Source of the DNA: Candidatus Daviesbacteria bacterium GW2011_GWA1_41_61
GTDB lineage: Bacteria > Patescibacteriota > Microgenomatia > Daviesbacterales > UBA10151
DNA length: 64,000 nt
Direction of reading: 5' to 3'
NCBI GenBank assembly: GCA_000997385.1
Contig: LCBT01000004.1
Span: 8,002 to 72,001 of the forward strand
Shown here: positions 45,534-56,548 of the stretch, one piece after another
Position numbering within the stretch: position 1 is the stretch's first letter
How the letters are laid out: each line of letters opens with the position of its first letter
Translations under genes and position numbers: made by a program
Notes under the pieces: generated by a model
Told to the model about the DNA's origin: nothing
Database searches by the model: none
What the model saw: only the letters and a program-made list of their open reading frames with translations

Positions 45534-46158
45534 TCCGGTAGGCTTTAGAATGGGGGGAACGGCCTTTTGGCAGTCCCGGTGGTTTGCGGATGATAAAAAA
45601 TACCGGCAGTTTATTGCCGAGGATATGAAAATCCGCAACCTTTTAATGAAGAAACTCCGGCCTGCCGGAGTGGCCAGGGTTGAAATAGAGAGATCGATCA
45701 ATAAAGTGAAAATTATTATCTTTGTGGCTCGACCGGGAGTACTTATTGGCCGGGGTGGGACCGGGCTTTTAGATCTGAAGAAGTTGTTGATGAAACAGCT
45801 GGATATAAAAAATGAGAATACTTTAGAGGTAATGCCGATGGACGTCAAATCACCGGATCTGTCAGCATACCTCGTGGCTCAGAATGTGGTTGAGCAACTA
45901 ATTAGAAGACTTCCCGCCCAACGGGTGATGAATCAGACGATAGAAAGAGTGATGCGGGCTGGTGCTAAAGGCGTTAAGGTAGTTTTATCGGGGAGGATCG
46001 GCGGAGCGGAGATTGCCAGACGGGAAAGGAAAGCAGCTGGAACAATGCCGCTTCACACCCTGCGCCAGGATATTGATTTTGCTTCTGTCCCGGCTTTAAC
46101 TAAATCTGGATATGTTGGGGTAAAGGTTTGGATTAATAAGGGGGAGGCGGAGGTTTAA
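45517..46158 (+). CDS. rpsC: 30S ribosomal protein S3
   Basis: Start set at ATG 45517 ([11 protein letters not shown]) with SD gaaggagg. Confidence 0.95.
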   Translation: MGQKINPVGFRMGGTAFWQSRWFADDKKYRQFIAEDMKIRNLLMKKLRPAGVARVEIERSINKVKIIIFVARPGVLIGRGGTGLLDLKKLLMKQLDIKNENTLEVMPMDVKSPDLSAYLVAQNVVEQLIRRLPAQRVMNQTIERVMRAGAKGVKVVLSGRIGGAEIARRERKAAGTMPLHTLRQDIDFASVPALTKSGYVGVKVWINKGEAEV

Positions 46159-46159
46159 T

Positions 46160-46591
46160 ATGGCACTACTGGTTCCAAGTAGAGCAAAATTTAGAAAAGC
46201 TTTTCGGGGCAAGAGAAAAGGTTTGGCTAGCCGGGGAAATGCTTTATCTTTTGGCAGCTTTGGCTTAAAGTCTGAAGAAGCTGGGTGGATCTCTTCCCGT
46301 CAACTTGAGGCTGCCAGGAGGGCTGTGACCCATTATACCGCCCGAGGCGGGAGGCTCTGGATCCGCTTATTCCCCGATAAGCCGGTGACTAAACATCCGG
46401 CTGAGGCAAGAATGGGGTCTGGTAAGGGGGTAGTGATCGGATATGTGGCGGTGGTCAAACCAGGGAGTTTGATCTTTGAAATGGGAGCGGTTTCCGAAGA
46501 GGTAGCCAGAGAAGCCTTAAGATTAGCTTCTCATAAGCTACCGATTAAGACACATTTTATCAGTAACATTAATTTAAAAAAAGAAAGCTAA
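46160..46591 (+). CDS. rplP: 50S ribosomal protein L16
   Basis: 143 aa. Confidence 0.95.
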   Translation: MALLVPSRAKFRKAFRGKRKGLASRGNALSFGSFGLKSEEAGWISSRQLEAARRAVTHYTARGGRLWIRLFPDKPVTKHPAEARMGSGKGVVIGYVAVVKPGSLIFEMGAVSEEVAREALRLASHKLPIKTHFISNINLKKES

Positions 46592-46597
46592 ATAGCG

Positions 46598-46858
46598 ATG
46601 AAAAAAAACAATCTGGCAGAAATTAAAAAGATGGAAGTGCCGGCAATTAGGGAAAGAGTCAAAAAGATCCAAAGGGAGGTTGCGGTTTTGGTAATGGATA
46701 AAAATACAAATAAGTTAACTAATTTAAAAATTATTAAAAACAAGAGGAGAGATTTAGCCCAGATGATGACGGTCATAAGACAAAAAAACTTGTTAGCCCA
46801 AATGGAGGCAAAATCTTCCTTGAAGGAAGGTCAGGAGAAACCAAAAGATGCCAAGTAA
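46598..46858 (+). CDS. rpmC: 50S ribosomal protein L29
   Basis: 86 aa, L29 helical hairpin sequence. Confidence 0.85.
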   Translation: MKKNNLAEIKKMEVPAIRERVKKIQREVAVLVMDKNTNKLTNLKIIKNKRRDLAQMMTVIRQKNLLAQMEAKSSLKEGQEKPKDAK

Positions 46859-47300
46859 GAAGCTTAAAACTAATCCAGCCGAGGGTCTTCTGTCAACCGG
46901 AGTTTCTCTAATAAGGGGAAGAGTAGTGGCGGCTAAACAGCCAAAGACAGTAACTGTTTTAGTAGAGAGAAAAAAGACTCATCCTTTTTATAAAAAATCT
47001 TTTATGAGAAGAAAAAAATATCTGGTTCATGATGAGCTGGGAGTTTTGGAGGGTGATGTGGTTGAAATTGTCAAAATCAAGCCAATATCCAAAAATAAAC
47101 ATTTTGGAGTAGTCCGGGTCGTGGGTAAAGATATCGAAGTGATGGTCTCCCAGCACCTCAAAGAAGAAGCAGCCGCCGAGATTGCTGAAGTCATGTCAGA
47201 AGAAAAAGAGTCTAGTGTCGAGAGTCTAGAGTCAAGTAAAGAAGTATCGATAGAGGAAAAGGTATTAAGGGTGTCAAAAGTCAGAAAGGAGAAAGTCTAG
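46848..47300 (+). CDS. rpsQ: 30S ribosomal protein S17 with acidic C-terminal extension
   Basis: S17 OB core then about 60 aa Glu/Ser-rich tail. Confidence 0.9.
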   Translation: MPSKKLKTNPAEGLLSTGVSLIRGRVVAAKQPKTVTVLVERKKTHPFYKKSFMRRKKYLVHDELGVLEGDVVEIVKIKPISKNKHFGVVRVVGKDIEVMVSQHLKEEAAAEIAEVMSEEKESSVESLESSKEVSIEEKVLRVSKVRKEKV

Positions 47301-47309
47301 TCGCTAACT

Positions 47310-47678
47310 ATGGTACAGCACAGATCGATGGTTAAAGTAGCTGATAATAGCGGGGCTAAAATAGTCCAGGTCATTCAGCCTTTGGGAGGGTCAGGGAAAC
47401 GTTTGGCTCATTTAGGAGAGATTTTTGTCGGAGTGGTCAAAAGTGCCGATCCTAACTATCAAGTGAAAGACGCGGAAATTGTCCGGGCAGTTTTGGTCAG
47501 GGCCAAAAAGGAGTATCGTCGTCTGGACGGCTCTTATATCAAATTTGATGAGAATGCGGCAGTGATTATTGACAAAGACGGTAATTTACGGGGTACCAGG
47601 GTTTTTGGGCCGATTGCTAAAGAAGTCAAAGACCGGGGTTTTACTAAGATTGCCTCGTTGGCACCGGAGGTTTGGTAA
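47310..47678 (+). CDS. rplN: 50S ribosomal protein L14
   Basis: 122 aa. Confidence 0.95.
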   Translation: MVQHRSMVKVADNSGAKIVQVIQPLGGSGKRLAHLGEIFVGVVKSADPNYQVKDAEIVRAVLVRAKKEYRRLDGSYIKFDENAAVIIDKDGNLRGTRVFGPIAKEVKDRGFTKIASLAPEVW

Positions 47679-48005
47679 ATGATCAGTAGAAATTATTCTT
47701 TCAAAATTAAAAAAGGCGATGAGGTCAGGATTCTTTTAGGTAAGGACAGAGGCCGAAATGGCAAGGTGATACGTCTTTTGACTAAGGCGGGGAAGATACT
47801 GGTGGAAGGAATTAATTTATCAAAAAGACATGTCCGCAAAAGCAAGGAACGGGAAGGTGGAGTGATTGAGTTAGTCAAACCGATTGATATAAGTAATGTG
47901 GCTTTAATCTGTAGTCATTGTAAACAACCAACCAGGGTGGGTTTTGAGATGAATGGCAAAGTCAAACAAAGGATTTGCCGGAAATGTCGGGAGGCAGTTA
48001 TATAA
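47679..48005 (+). CDS. rplX: 50S ribosomal protein L24 with C-terminal Cys4 zinc-ribbon-like extension
   Basis: KOW domain then CSHCKQPTRVGFEMNGKVKQRICRKCREAVI. Confidence 0.9.
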   Translation: MISRNYSFKIKKGDEVRILLGKDRGRNGKVIRLLTKAGKILVEGINLSKRHVRKSKEREGGVIELVKPIDISNVALICSHCKQPTRVGFEMNGKVKQRICRKCREAVI

Positions 48006-48556
48006 TGGCCGTAAGACTAAAAGCTAAATACCAAGAGGAAATTAAGCCCCAACTTAAGGAAGAGTTTGGGATCAGCAATGATCTATCCGTACCTAAGCTG
48101 GAAAAGGTGGTTGTCAATGTGGGTATGGGTGAGGCCAAAGATAACCGGGATGTTTTAGATAAAGCTGTAGAGAATCTTACCGCCTTAGCCGGTCAAAAGC
48201 CAGTGATCACTCGGGCTAAAAAATCGATCTCTAACTTTAAGCTGTCCAAAGGGCAAGCAGTGGGGGCCAGGGTAACTTTAAGAGGGAATAGAATGTATGA
48301 GTTTTTAGATAAATTAGTCAGCCTGGTTTTACCCAAGGTTCGGGATTTTAGAGGAGTGTCAACTGATTCTTTTGACAATCAGGGTAATTTTACTTTGGGG
48401 TTGCGGGAACAGGTCATCTTCCCGGAAGTAAGCTTCCAAGGCGGAGCGGTTTCCGGTAAAATAAGAGGCTTGGAGATTTCTGTTATCACCACTGCCAAAA
48501 ATAAAGAACAGGGGAAGAGATTGTTAGAGCTTTTAGGAATGCCGTTTAAAAAGTAA
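48005..48556 (+). CDS. rplE: 50S ribosomal protein L5
   Basis: Start set at ATG 48005 (TAATG overlap with rplX). Confidence 0.95.
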   Translation: MAVRLKAKYQEEIKPQLKEEFGISNDLSVPKLEKVVVNVGMGEAKDNRDVLDKAVENLTALAGQKPVITRAKKSISNFKLSKGQAVGARVTLRGNRMYEFLDKLVSLVLPKVRDFRGVSTDSFDNQGNFTLGLREQVIFPEVSFQGGAVSGKIRGLEISVITTAKNKEQGKRLLELLGMPFKK

Positions 48557-48564
48557 AAATAAAT

Positions 48565-48744
48565 ATGGCGAAGAAAAGTAACGTCGTAAAAGCTAAAGAG
48601 AAATTTGCAGTTCGTTATCATAGCCGTTGTGTGCGGTGCGGCAGGACACGCTTTATTTTTCGCAAATTTGGCCTGTGTCGGATTTGTTTTAGAGAGTTGG
48701 CTCACGCTGGGCAACTACCAGGAGTGAAAAAGTCCAGTTGGTAA
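48565..48744 (+). CDS. rpsZ: 30S ribosomal protein S14 type Z (zinc-binding, 59 aa)
   Basis: [45 protein letters not shown]...; below the 60-aa cutoff so missing from six-frame track. Confidence 0.85.
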   Translation: MAKKSNVVKAKEKFAVRYHSRCVRCGRTRFIFRKFGLCRICFRELAHAGQLPGVKKSSW

Positions 48745-48753
48745 GGAGGTTGT

Positions 48754-49128
48754 ATGGATAAAGTAGCAGACTTGTTAATTAGAATTAAAAATGGGTATAT
48801 GGCTTCCCGCAAGGAGGTTACAGTTTCCTATTCAAACTTAGGAAAAGCTATCTTGGCACTTTTGCAGCAAGAAGGCTATATTGAAAGCTATGAAGCTTTG
48901 GAGAGAGAGATAAAGGTGGTTTTAAAATATGAGAACCGTCTGCCGGTGCTGACTGATGTAAAGAGAGTTTCCAAGCCGGGACGCCGGGTTTATAAAGGAA
49001 GCCGGGTTTTACCTTGGGTTTATGATGGATTGGGAATTGCTATTGTTTCTACTCCTAAAGGAGTAATGAGTGATAAACAAGCTAGGAAGGAGGGTGTAGG
49101 CGGCGAAGTTATGGCCTACATTTGGTGA
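48754..49128 (+). CDS. rpsH: 30S ribosomal protein S8
   Basis: 124 aa. Confidence 0.95.
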   Translation: MDKVADLLIRIKNGYMASRKEVTVSYSNLGKAILALLQQEGYIESYEALEREIKVVLKYENRLPVLTDVKRVSKPGRRVYKGSRVLPWVYDGLGIAIVSTPKGVMSDKQARKEGVGGEVMAYIW

Positions 49129-49676
49129 TGTCTAGAGTTGGAAATGTACCTATTATCATACCGTCTCAAGTAAGTGTTGAAGTTGATGGGCAGAAGATCT
49201 TGGTAAAAGGTTCTTTAGGGCAGTTGATGATGGAATTTTTGCCCCAAGTGACGGTAACAGTAGAAGATAATCAAGTGGTTATTAAGCGGAAAAGAGAAGA
49301 CCGTGTCTCCAAATCCCTGCATGGTTTGACCCGCTCTCTACTAGCTAATATGGTTATCGGAGTAGAAAAAGGATGGGAGAAAAAATTGGAACTGATAGGA
49401 GTGGGATTTAGAGCTCAAACTGCAGGAGATAAGCTTACCTTGGCAGTGGGGTATTCCCATCCGGTAGAGATCCAAGCGCCTCCCGGGATTAAGTTTGATG
49501 TGGCTGATAATACTAAAATAACAGTATCAGGAATTGATAAGGCGTTAGTCGGACAAGTAGCAGCGTCTATTAGGAAAGTTAGGCCTCCTGAACCTTATCA
49601 AGGTAAAGGGATTCGTTATAGCGGTGAATACGTTAGAAGAAAGGCCGGTAAGGCTTCAAAAGTAGGAGCTAAGTAA
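49122..49676 (+). CDS. rplF: 50S ribosomal protein L6
   Basis: 184 aa. Confidence 0.95.
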   Translation: MVMSRVGNVPIIIPSQVSVEVDGQKILVKGSLGQLMMEFLPQVTVTVEDNQVVIKRKREDRVSKSLHGLTRSLLANMVIGVEKGWEKKLELIGVGFRAQTAGDKLTLAVGYSHPVEIQAPPGIKFDVADNTKITVSGIDKALVGQVAASIRKVRPPEPYQGKGIRYSGEYVRRKAGKASKVGAK

Positions 49677-49677
49677 T

Positions 49678-50016
49678 ATGTCTAAATTGGCGAAAGAAAG
49701 AAGACATCAAAGAGTGAGGAAATTTATATCCGGGTCAGCGGGTCGTCCCAGGTTGGCTGTTTTTAGGTCAAACCAGCATATTTATGCTCAAATCATTGAT
49801 GATAAAAGCGGTAAGACACTGATTTCCCAATCAGATCTAAAACTGGCTAAGAAAGGGTTAAAAACAGAGATAGCTTATGAAGTGGGGAAGAGGTTAGCGG
49901 CAAAAGCCGCCGCCCAGGGTATTAAGGTGGTAGTTTTTGACCGGGGTGGATTTTTATATCATGGAAGAGTTGCTAAACTGGCTGAAGGTGCCCGAGAAGG
50001 AGGTTTACAGTTTTAA
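49678..50016 (+). CDS. rplR: 50S ribosomal protein L18
   Basis: 112 aa. Confidence 0.9.
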   Translation: MSKLAKERRHQRVRKFISGSAGRPRLAVFRSNQHIYAQIIDDKSGKTLISQSDLKLAKKGLKTEIAYEVGKRLAAKAAAQGIKVVVFDRGGFLYHGRVAKLAEGAREGGLQF

Positions 50017-50017
50017 T

Positions 50018-50578
50018 ATGAATAACGAGATTAACCAGCAAGAATATTTTGAGAAAGTGGTTCAGGTAAACCGCGTTTCTAAAAAGACCAAAGGGGGGAA
50101 TAAAAGATCCTTATCAGTTTTGGTGGTGGCGGGAGATAGGAGAGGTCAGGTGGGGGTGGGGCTAGGCAAGGCGTCAGATGTCCAATCAGCAGTGCGCAAA
50201 GCTACAAGCTACGCCAGGAAACATTTGATTAATGTGCCTTTAGTGGATAACCGCACTATCCCCCACTCTATTTTAATTAAAAGAGGCGCAGCTAAGGTTA
50301 TACTTAAGCCAGCTAGAGCTGGAACTGGTATTATCGCTGGTGGAGCAGTCCGGGTAGTGGTAGAAGCAGTAGGAATTTCTGACATTGTCTCCAAAATTTT
50401 AGGTACCAGAAACCGGGCTTCTAATGTTTATGCCACATTGGAGGCTTTAAGCAGACTGAAAACCAGGTCTAATAAGGGGATAACTGACAAAGAGGGGGTT
50501 AAAGAGGCTGTCAAGGAATCTAGAACGAGGGTTGTAAAAAAAGTGAGGAAGGCAGGACCAGCAAATGCAGCTGCATAA
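50018..50578 (+). CDS. rpsE: 30S ribosomal protein S5
   Basis: Start set at ATG 50018 (SD gagaaggagg); followed directly by rplO with no L30 gene. Confidence 0.95.
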   Translation: MNNEINQQEYFEKVVQVNRVSKKTKGGNKRSLSVLVVAGDRRGQVGVGLGKASDVQSAVRKATSYARKHLINVPLVDNRTIPHSILIKRGAAKVILKPARAGTGIIAGGAVRVVVEAVGISDIVSKILGTRNRASNVYATLEALSRLKTRSNKGITDKEGVKEAVKESRTRVVKKVRKAGPANAAA

Positions 50579-51005
50579 ATTGTTCAAAACTACTGATAAG
50601 AAAGCCAAAAGAGTGGGCCGGGGTTTGGGTTCAGGCAAAGGCAAGACCTCAGGCAGAGGGATGAAGGGTCAAAAATCCCGGGAGAACATTCCGGCCGGAT
50701 TCATTGGTGGGACCTTACCGCTGTATAAAAAACTGCCTTACCGTCGGGGGTTAGGAAATCCTAAGCAAAGCCCTAAAACTGTAGTTATTCCGGTGGCTAA
50801 ACTCGCTGCTTTTCCCGCTGGTTCGACAGTTGATATCCAAAGTGTCATTGACAAAGGGTTAGTCAGTAAAAAGTCGGCTTTAAAACGGGGAGTTAAGGTT
50901 ACTTCAGACGGGAGCTTGGCAGTTGCCTTGACGGTCAATTTACCCGTAACAGCATCGGCAGCGGAAAAGATTGAAAAAGCAGGAGGGAAGGTTACTAGTG
51001 GCTAA
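50565..51005 (+). CDS. rplO: 50S ribosomal protein L15
   Basis: 146 aa. Confidence 0.9.
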   Translation: MQLHKLFKTTDKKAKRVGRGLGSGKGKTSGRGMKGQKSRENIPAGFIGGTLPLYKKLPYRRGLGNPKQSPKTVVIPVAKLAAFPAGSTVDIQSVIDKGLVSKKSALKRGVKVTSDGSLAVALTVNLPVTASAAEKIEKAGGKVTSG

Positions 51006-52284
51006 CCTGTTTGCTCCGATAATCAACTCTTTTAAGATTCGGGAGCTTCGCAAAAAAATTATCCTCACTGCTGTCATTATCATCATTTATCGTATTGCAG
51101 CTCATATTCCGGTAGGAGGAGTAGACAGAGAGGCTCTGCAAGCTTTATTTTCGGGGAGTCAGCTGTTGGGGCTTTTGGATCTTTTTTCCGGGGGTACTTT
51201 GGCCAACTTTTCCATTATTGCTTTGGGCTTAAACCCCTATATTAATGCTTCCATTATTATACAGCTTTTGACCATGGTTTTTCCTACTTTGGAGGCTTTA
51301 TCCAAAGAAGGGGAATATGGAAGACAAAAGATTAACCAATATACCCGCTATCTGACTGTGCCTTTAAGCATTCTACAAGCCATCGGGGTGTTTGTTTTGC
51401 TACGGAATCAAGGGATTATTACTCAAATGACTCCGCTTTCTATTTTAACCATTATGGTTACCATGGTGGCGGGGACAATTTTTGCCATGTGGCTGGGAGA
51501 GCTGATTACCGAATATGGTATTGGACAGGGTATCTCCATACTTATCTTTGCCGGGATTGTAGCCCGGACACCCGTTGCCCTAGCCCAGACCTTTTCCATC
51601 GTCGATCAGCAACAGATGCTAAACCTTCTTTTGTTTGCGGTTTTAGGTATAGTGATTACTGCCGGTATTGTCTTTGTCAATGAAGGAAGAAGACAGATTA
51701 TGGTTCAATATGCCAGGCGTTTTATTGGGGGGAGAGAGGTAGGAGGGGCTTCTACTTATTTACCGCTGCGGGTGAACCAGGCAGGGGTGATCCCTATCAT
51801 TTTTGCTGTCTCTTTGGTGTTAATCCCTTCTTTTGCCGGGCAGTTTTTGTCCCAACTGCCTCAACCTCTATTTCAAAGTGCGGGAAGGTTTTTTATATCT
51901 CATTTCCGGGTAGATTCAATTGCCTATAATGTTGTTTATTTCCTGTTGGTGGTAGGCTTTACCTATTTTTACACCGCCGTTATCTTTAATCCTAAGAAGA
52001 TCTCCGAGGATATTAAAAAAACCGGGGCTTTTATACCCGGAATTAGACCGGGTACCGCCACTGCAGCTTATTTAAACTATATCTTATTAAGGATTACCCT
52101 GGTGGGAGCTATCTTCTTAGGGCTAGTGGCCATCTTACCTTCCATTGCTTCTGGTTTTACCGGTATTACTACTTTAGCCTTAGGGGGAACCGGGCTTTTG
52201 ATCGTAGTTTCAGTAATTTTAGATACGGCCAAGCAGTTTGAAAGCAGATTAGTAGAGAGAAATTACGAAGGGTTTTTAAAGTGA
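50971..52284 (+). CDS. secY: preprotein translocase SecY
   Basis: 10 TM SecY; true start may be GTG 50997 overlapping rplO stop. Confidence 0.95.
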   Translation: MKKQEGRLLVANLFAPIINSFKIRELRKKIILTAVIIIIYRIAAHIPVGGVDREALQALFSGSQLLGLLDLFSGGTLANFSIIALGLNPYINASIIIQLLTMVFPTLEALSKEGEYGRQKINQYTRYLTVPLSILQAIGVFVLLRNQGIITQMTPLSILTIMVTMVAGTIFAMWLGELITEYGIGQGISILIFAGIVARTPVALAQTFSIVDQQQMLNLLLFAVLGIVITAGIVFVNEGRRQIMVQYARRFIGGREVGGASTYLPLRVNQAGVIPIIFAVSLVLIPSFAGQFLSQLPQPLFQSAGRFFISHFRVDSIAYNVVYFLLVVGFTYFYTAVIFNPKKISEDIKKTGAFIPGIRPGTATAAYLNYILLRITLVGAIFLGLVAILPSIASGFTGITTLALGGTGLLIVVSVILDTAKQFESRLVERNYEGFLK

Positions 52285-52889
52285 TTAACTGGTTAAAGTT
52301 GATGATGGGGAGTTTTTTAAAAGGAACACCTTCTGTTAAAAGTCAGAAGATTATGATTACTGGTCCTCAAGGGTCAGGGAAAACTACTCAGGCAAAGAAG
52401 ATAGCCAAAAAGATAGATGTTTATTTTGTGGGGGCAGGTGATTTGCTGCGTCAATTTGCAAAAGAAAGTAGCGGGATGGCCGCAAAGGTGAAAAATGATC
52501 TTGAAAGCGGTCGTTTAGTTGATAACGAAATTATAGGTAATTTGCTGAGAAAAACATTATCTCAACCCGAGTACCGGAAAGGTTTTGTGGCTGACGGCTA
52601 CCCGAGGTCTTTGTCCCAGCTTGAGGTTTACAATCCTGATTATGATAGGGTTGTCTATCTTAAGGTTTCAGACGAGGAGGCAGAGAGGAGACTTTTAGAT
52701 AGAAGCAGAGAAGATGATACCTCTGAGGCAATTAAGGAGAGACTGAGTTGGTATCATAAAGAAACAGCACCGTTGTTGGAATATTATCAAAAACAGAAGA
52801 AGCTCGTTACTATAGATGGAGAACGATCTATTGAGGAGGTGGCAGCTGATATTGAAGACAAGTTAAGGGTTGAGGGTAAAAATGACTAA
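52281..52889 (+). CDS. adk: adenylate kinase, short form without LID insertion
   Basis: [25 protein letters not shown]...TAPLLEYY; P-loop GPQGSGKTT (atypical vs GxPGxGKGT); start may be internal ATG 52353. Confidence 0.85.
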   Translation: MINWLKLMMGSFLKGTPSVKSQKIMITGPQGSGKTTQAKKIAKKIDVYFVGAGDLLRQFAKESSGMAAKVKNDLESGRLVDNEIIGNLLRKTLSQPEYRKGFVADGYPRSLSQLEVYNPDYDRVVYLKVSDEEAERRLLDRSREDDTSEAIKERLSWYHKETAPLLEYYQKQKKLVTIDGERSIEEVAADIEDKLRVEGKND

Positions 52890-53652
52890 GACGGCAGCGT
52901 CAATCCGAAACCAAGAAGAGCTGAAATTAATGCGAAAGAGCGGGCAGATATCAGCTTTAGCTTTAAAAAAGGTTTTAGAAAGTGTTCGGCCGGGGATTTC
53001 TTTACGGCAGTTAAACAGAGTAGCTGAGGAGGAAATTTTAAGGTTAGACGGTAAACATTCTTTTAAAGCCGTTCCGGGGTATCTTTGGGGAAGTTGTCTA
53101 AATATTAATGAGGAGGTAGTGCATGGTATCCCCCGGGATATTACCCTTAAGGCGGGGGATGTCTTAAAAGTTGATTTGGGCGCTGTTTATAAAGGATGGC
53201 ATACCGATACTGCCTGGACAGTAGTGGTGGGAGAAGATGCTGACCCGCAAAAAAAGCAGTTTTTGAAGTCTGGTGAGGAGTCTTTATGGGCAGCTGTCAA
53301 CCAGGCTGTGGAGGGCCATAGAATCGGGGATATCTCTTCTGCGATGCAACAGGTTATAGAGGAAGCTGGTTATTCGGTGGTCAAAAGCTTGGCTGGGCAT
53401 GGAGTAGGCAGGTCAGGTCATGAAGAGCCAGAAGTGCCTACCTATGGCCAAAGGGGGACAGGTTTAATCTTAAAAAAGGGAATGACTTTAGCTGTGGAGG
53501 TGATCTATGCAGCCGGAAGAGGAGAGATCTACCAAAAGGCAGATGGTTGGACTTTAGCGACGAAGGATGGCAGTTTAGGAGGGATTTTTGAGATGAGTTT
53601 AATAGTGGGGGATAGGAAAGCAGAAGTATTAACTGATTGGAGAAAAGTATAA
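52870..53652 (+). CDS. map: methionine aminopeptidase type I
   Basis: Pita-bread fold metal ligands (D..D..H..E..E context), 260 aa. Confidence 0.9.
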   Translation: MRVKMTKTAASIRNQEELKLMRKSGQISALALKKVLESVRPGISLRQLNRVAEEEILRLDGKHSFKAVPGYLWGSCLNINEEVVHGIPRDITLKAGDVLKVDLGAVYKGWHTDTAWTVVVGEDADPQKKQFLKSGEESLWAAVNQAVEGHRIGDISSAMQQVIEEAGYSVVKSLAGHGVGRSGHEEPEVPTYGQRGTGLILKKGMTLAVEVIYAAGRGEIYQKADGWTLATKDGSLGGIFEMSLIVGDRKAEVLTDWRKV

Positions 53653-53749
53653 GCGTGAACACACTTAGGTGTAACTGCTTGCGCAGTTATAGGTTGTGTT
53701 TTGAATTAGTTTTTGTTAAAATTACAAATTGCCTGTTTAAACAATTAAG

Positions 53750-53989
53750 ATGGACCAAGATATTATCGAAGTAGAAGGTAAAATTTTAGAAGTACTGCCA
53801 AGTACCCTCTTTAGGGTGGAGATTGACCGTGCTGAAATTCCAGAACTGGTAGGGAAGGTGATTTTAGCTCACATTTCCGGTAAAATGCGGATGCATTATA
53901 TTAAATTAATGACAGGAGACAGAGTCAGGATGGAAATGAGTCCAAAGTATGATTTGACTAAAGGCAGGATCACTTTTAGATTAAAATAG
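53750..53989 (+). CDS. infA: translation initiation factor IF-1
   Basis: 79 aa S1-like. Confidence 0.95.
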   Translation: MDQDIIEVEGKILEVLPSTLFRVEIDRAEIPELVGKVILAHISGKMRMHYIKLMTGDRVRMEMSPKYDLTKGRITFRLK

Positions 53990-54109
53990 AGTCAAGGAAT
54001 ATATAAAGACCTGCTCGTGCGTCGGTATGAGAAATTATACCTTGTACTCGCAGAACCTTGCCTTTTTAATTCTTTTTATCGGTAAATAAAGAAAGGTAGA
54101 ATTAAAAAC

Positions 54110-54226
54110 GTGAAAGTGCAAGCATCAATAAAAACACGATGTAAGTTTTGTAAAATAGTTAAGCGGGAGGGCATCTTGTATGTCGTCTGTCCGCGTAATC
54201 CACGACACAAACAACGTCAAGGATAA
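54110..54226 (+). CDS. rpmJ: 50S ribosomal protein L36
   Basis: GTG start; (M)[37 protein letters not shown]; too short for the ORF track. Confidence 0.8.
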   Translation: MKVQASIKTRCKFCKIVKREGILYVVCPRNPRHKQRQG

Positions 54227-54234
54227 AATAAAAT

Positions 54235-54627
54235 ATGAGAATTGCCGGAGTGGATTTACCAGACAATAAAAGAGTGGATATTGGCTTAACCTATATCTAT
54301 GGGATAGGGAGGTCTAATGTGCTTAAGGTGATAACAGATGCCGGCGTAGAGGGGGCTAAAAGAATTAAAGATTTAACTGAGGAAGAGGTGGGAAAGATAC
54401 AAAAAGCCTTGGACCAGTTTAAGGTAGAGGGAGATTTGAGACAAGAAGTGACCCAAAATATTAGAAGATTAGAAGAGATTAACGCTTATCGGGGAATAAG
54501 GCATCGCCGTGGCCTGCCAGTACGGGGACAAAGAACCCGTTCTAATGCCAGGACTAGAAGAGGTAAGAGAAAAACTATGGGAACTGTCCGAAAAGAAGTA
54601 GTGGCTAAAATTGGGGGAAGCAAATAA
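54235..54627 (+). CDS. rpsM: 30S ribosomal protein S13
   Basis: 130 aa. Confidence 0.95.
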   Translation: MRIAGVDLPDNKRVDIGLTYIYGIGRSNVLKVITDAGVEGAKRIKDLTEEEVGKIQKALDQFKVEGDLRQEVTQNIRRLEEINAYRGIRHRRGLPVRGQRTRSNARTRRGKRKTMGTVRKEVVAKIGGSK

Positions 54628-55031
54628 TGGCTAAGAAACAAACCATCAAAGTAAAAGCGGTTAAAAAGTCAGTTGAGCAAAAACAGATCCCTACTGGGAG
54701 AGTTTATGTGACAGCTACCTTTAATAATACTTTAGTTACTTTAACTGATGTTCTAGGTAATACTTTAGCTTGGAGTTCTTCTGGAGCTTCCGGGTTTAAA
54801 GGAGCGAGGAAAGCCACCCCCTTTGCCGCTATTTCTGCTGTTGAATCGGTAGTCAATAAGGCCAAAAGCGTTGGTATGACGGCAGTAGAGGTTTATATTA
54901 AAGGTCCTGGATCTGGTCGTGATTCTTCTCTTCGAGCCTTAAGGAGCGCTGGTTTAAATATTACCATGATTGCTGATGTCACCCCTGTACCTTTTGGAGG
55001 ACCAAGAGCTAAAAAGAAGAGGAGAGTATAA
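54627..55031 (+). CDS. rpsK: 30S ribosomal protein S11
   Basis: 134 aa. Confidence 0.95.
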   Translation: MAKKQTIKVKAVKKSVEQKQIPTGRVYVTATFNNTLVTLTDVLGNTLAWSSSGASGFKGARKATPFAAISAVESVVNKAKSVGMTAVEVYIKGPGSGRDSSLRALRSAGLNITMIADVTPVPFGGPRAKKKRRV

Positions 55032-55633
55032 TGGGACGCTATACAGGACCAAAAAGAAGACTGAGTAGGAGAGAAGGAGTGGCCATTTTTGCCAAAGATG
55101 CAGCCTACATTGAACGTAAAGGAGCAGTGGCTCCCGGTCAACATGGAGCTCGAAGCAGAAGGAGAATCTCTGAGTTTGGCGTACAACTTAGAGAAAAACA
55201 AAAGGCTAAAAGAACTTATGGACTTTTAGAAAAACAATTTGCCAGGTATTATCAGATGGCCAGTAAGAAGGTTGGTAATACCGGAGAGGTTTTAATGCAG
55301 CTTTTAGAAACCCGTCTAGACAATGTTGTCTATAGGCTAGGTCTGGCTTCTTCCCGGGCTGCTGCCAGACAACTTGTCTCCCACGGTCATATCCTAGTTG
55401 ATAACAAAAAAGTTAATATCCCTTCCTTTCAGGTAAAAACTGGGTCAACTGTTGCTATTTCCCATAAAATGTTGGATAATACTCAGGTCAAAAAGAATTT
55501 GACAATTGCGCAAACCTTGCCAGAGTGGCTTGATAGGAAAGCTATAGTAGGCAAGGTTTTAAGGTTGCCTAAGCGGGATGAGGCTGAGCAGGGAATTAGC
55601 GAACAGCTGATAGTAGAATACTATAGCAGATAA
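55031..55633 (+). CDS. rpsD: 30S ribosomal protein S4
   Basis: 200 aa. Confidence 0.95.
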   Translation: MGRYTGPKRRLSRREGVAIFAKDAAYIERKGAVAPGQHGARSRRRISEFGVQLREKQKAKRTYGLLEKQFARYYQMASKKVGNTGEVLMQLLETRLDNVVYRLGLASSRAAARQLVSHGHILVDNKKVNIPSFQVKTGSTVAISHKMLDNTQVKKNLTIAQTLPEWLDRKAIVGKVLRLPKRDEAEQGISEQLIVEYYSR

Positions 55634-55639
55634 CTCTTT

Positions 55640-56548
55640 ATGATTAATTTTAAAGTAACAACAACAACTAATTCAGATACAGAGGGCGCTTTTATAGTTG
55701 AACCTCTGGAGGCAGGTTTTGGTCATACTCTGGGTAACTGTTTAAGAAGGGTGCTCTTGACTAGTTTAGAAGGATCAGCAATTTCTTTTATTAAAATTGA
55801 TGGAGTATCTCATCAGTTTTCCGTCATCTCTGGCATTTCTGAGGACGTGACCGAGATTATTCTAAATCTTAAGCAGGTCCGTTTAAAGATTTTTTCTGAT
55901 AAACCTATAAAGATGAGACTCCAAGCTTCAGGAAAAGGGGAAGTAAAAGCCCGGGATATTGATACCCTGGGGGGAGCAGAGATTATTAACCCTGATCTAC
56001 ATATCGCTTCACTAAACTCTCCTTCAGCTAAATTAAACATTGAAATGACAGCTGAAAAAGGAGTGGGTTATTTAGGGGCAGATGAGAAAAAAGCCGAAGA
56101 GATTGGAGTTATTTCTATTGATTCTATATACTCTCCAGTGGTTTTGGTTAACTATAAAGTTGAACCTACCAGGGTAGGCAGAAGTAGCAATTTTGATAAG
56201 TTGATTTTAAATATTACGACCGATGGGACAATCAAACCTGAAGAGGCCTTAAATGAAAGTGCCAGGATTTTAAGTGTTTATTTTAAGCAGATCTTTGAAC
56301 CTACTTTTGAAGGGGAAGAGGTAGTTGAGCCGGCTATCTCTAATGATGTTTTGAAGTTAAGTGTGGAGGAATTAGACTTGCCGGTCCGTATTACTAACGC
56401 TTTAAAGGCTGTTGATATTGACACTGTAGAAAATCTCATTACTACTTCCCGCACTCAGCTTCTTAAAGCTAAAAATTTAGGAGTTCAATCTCTTTCCTTA
56501 ATTTCTCAAAAGCTTTCAGAAAGGGGCTTGATCTTAAGTGAGGCATAG
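55640..56548 (+). CDS. rpoA: DNA-directed RNA polymerase alpha subunit
   Basis: 302 aa, NTD + CTD. Confidence 0.95.
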   Translation: MINFKVTTTTNSDTEGAFIVEPLEAGFGHTLGNCLRRVLLTSLEGSAISFIKIDGVSHQFSVISGISEDVTEIILNLKQVRLKIFSDKPIKMRLQASGKGEVKARDIDTLGGAEIINPDLHIASLNSPSAKLNIEMTAEKGVGYLGADEKKAEEIGVISIDSIYSPVVLVNYKVEPTRVGRSSNFDKLILNITTDGTIKPEEALNESARILSVYFKQIFEPTFEGEEVVEPAISNDVLKLSVEELDLPVRITNALKAVDIDTVENLITTSRTQLLKAKNLGVQSLSLISQKLSERGLILSEA

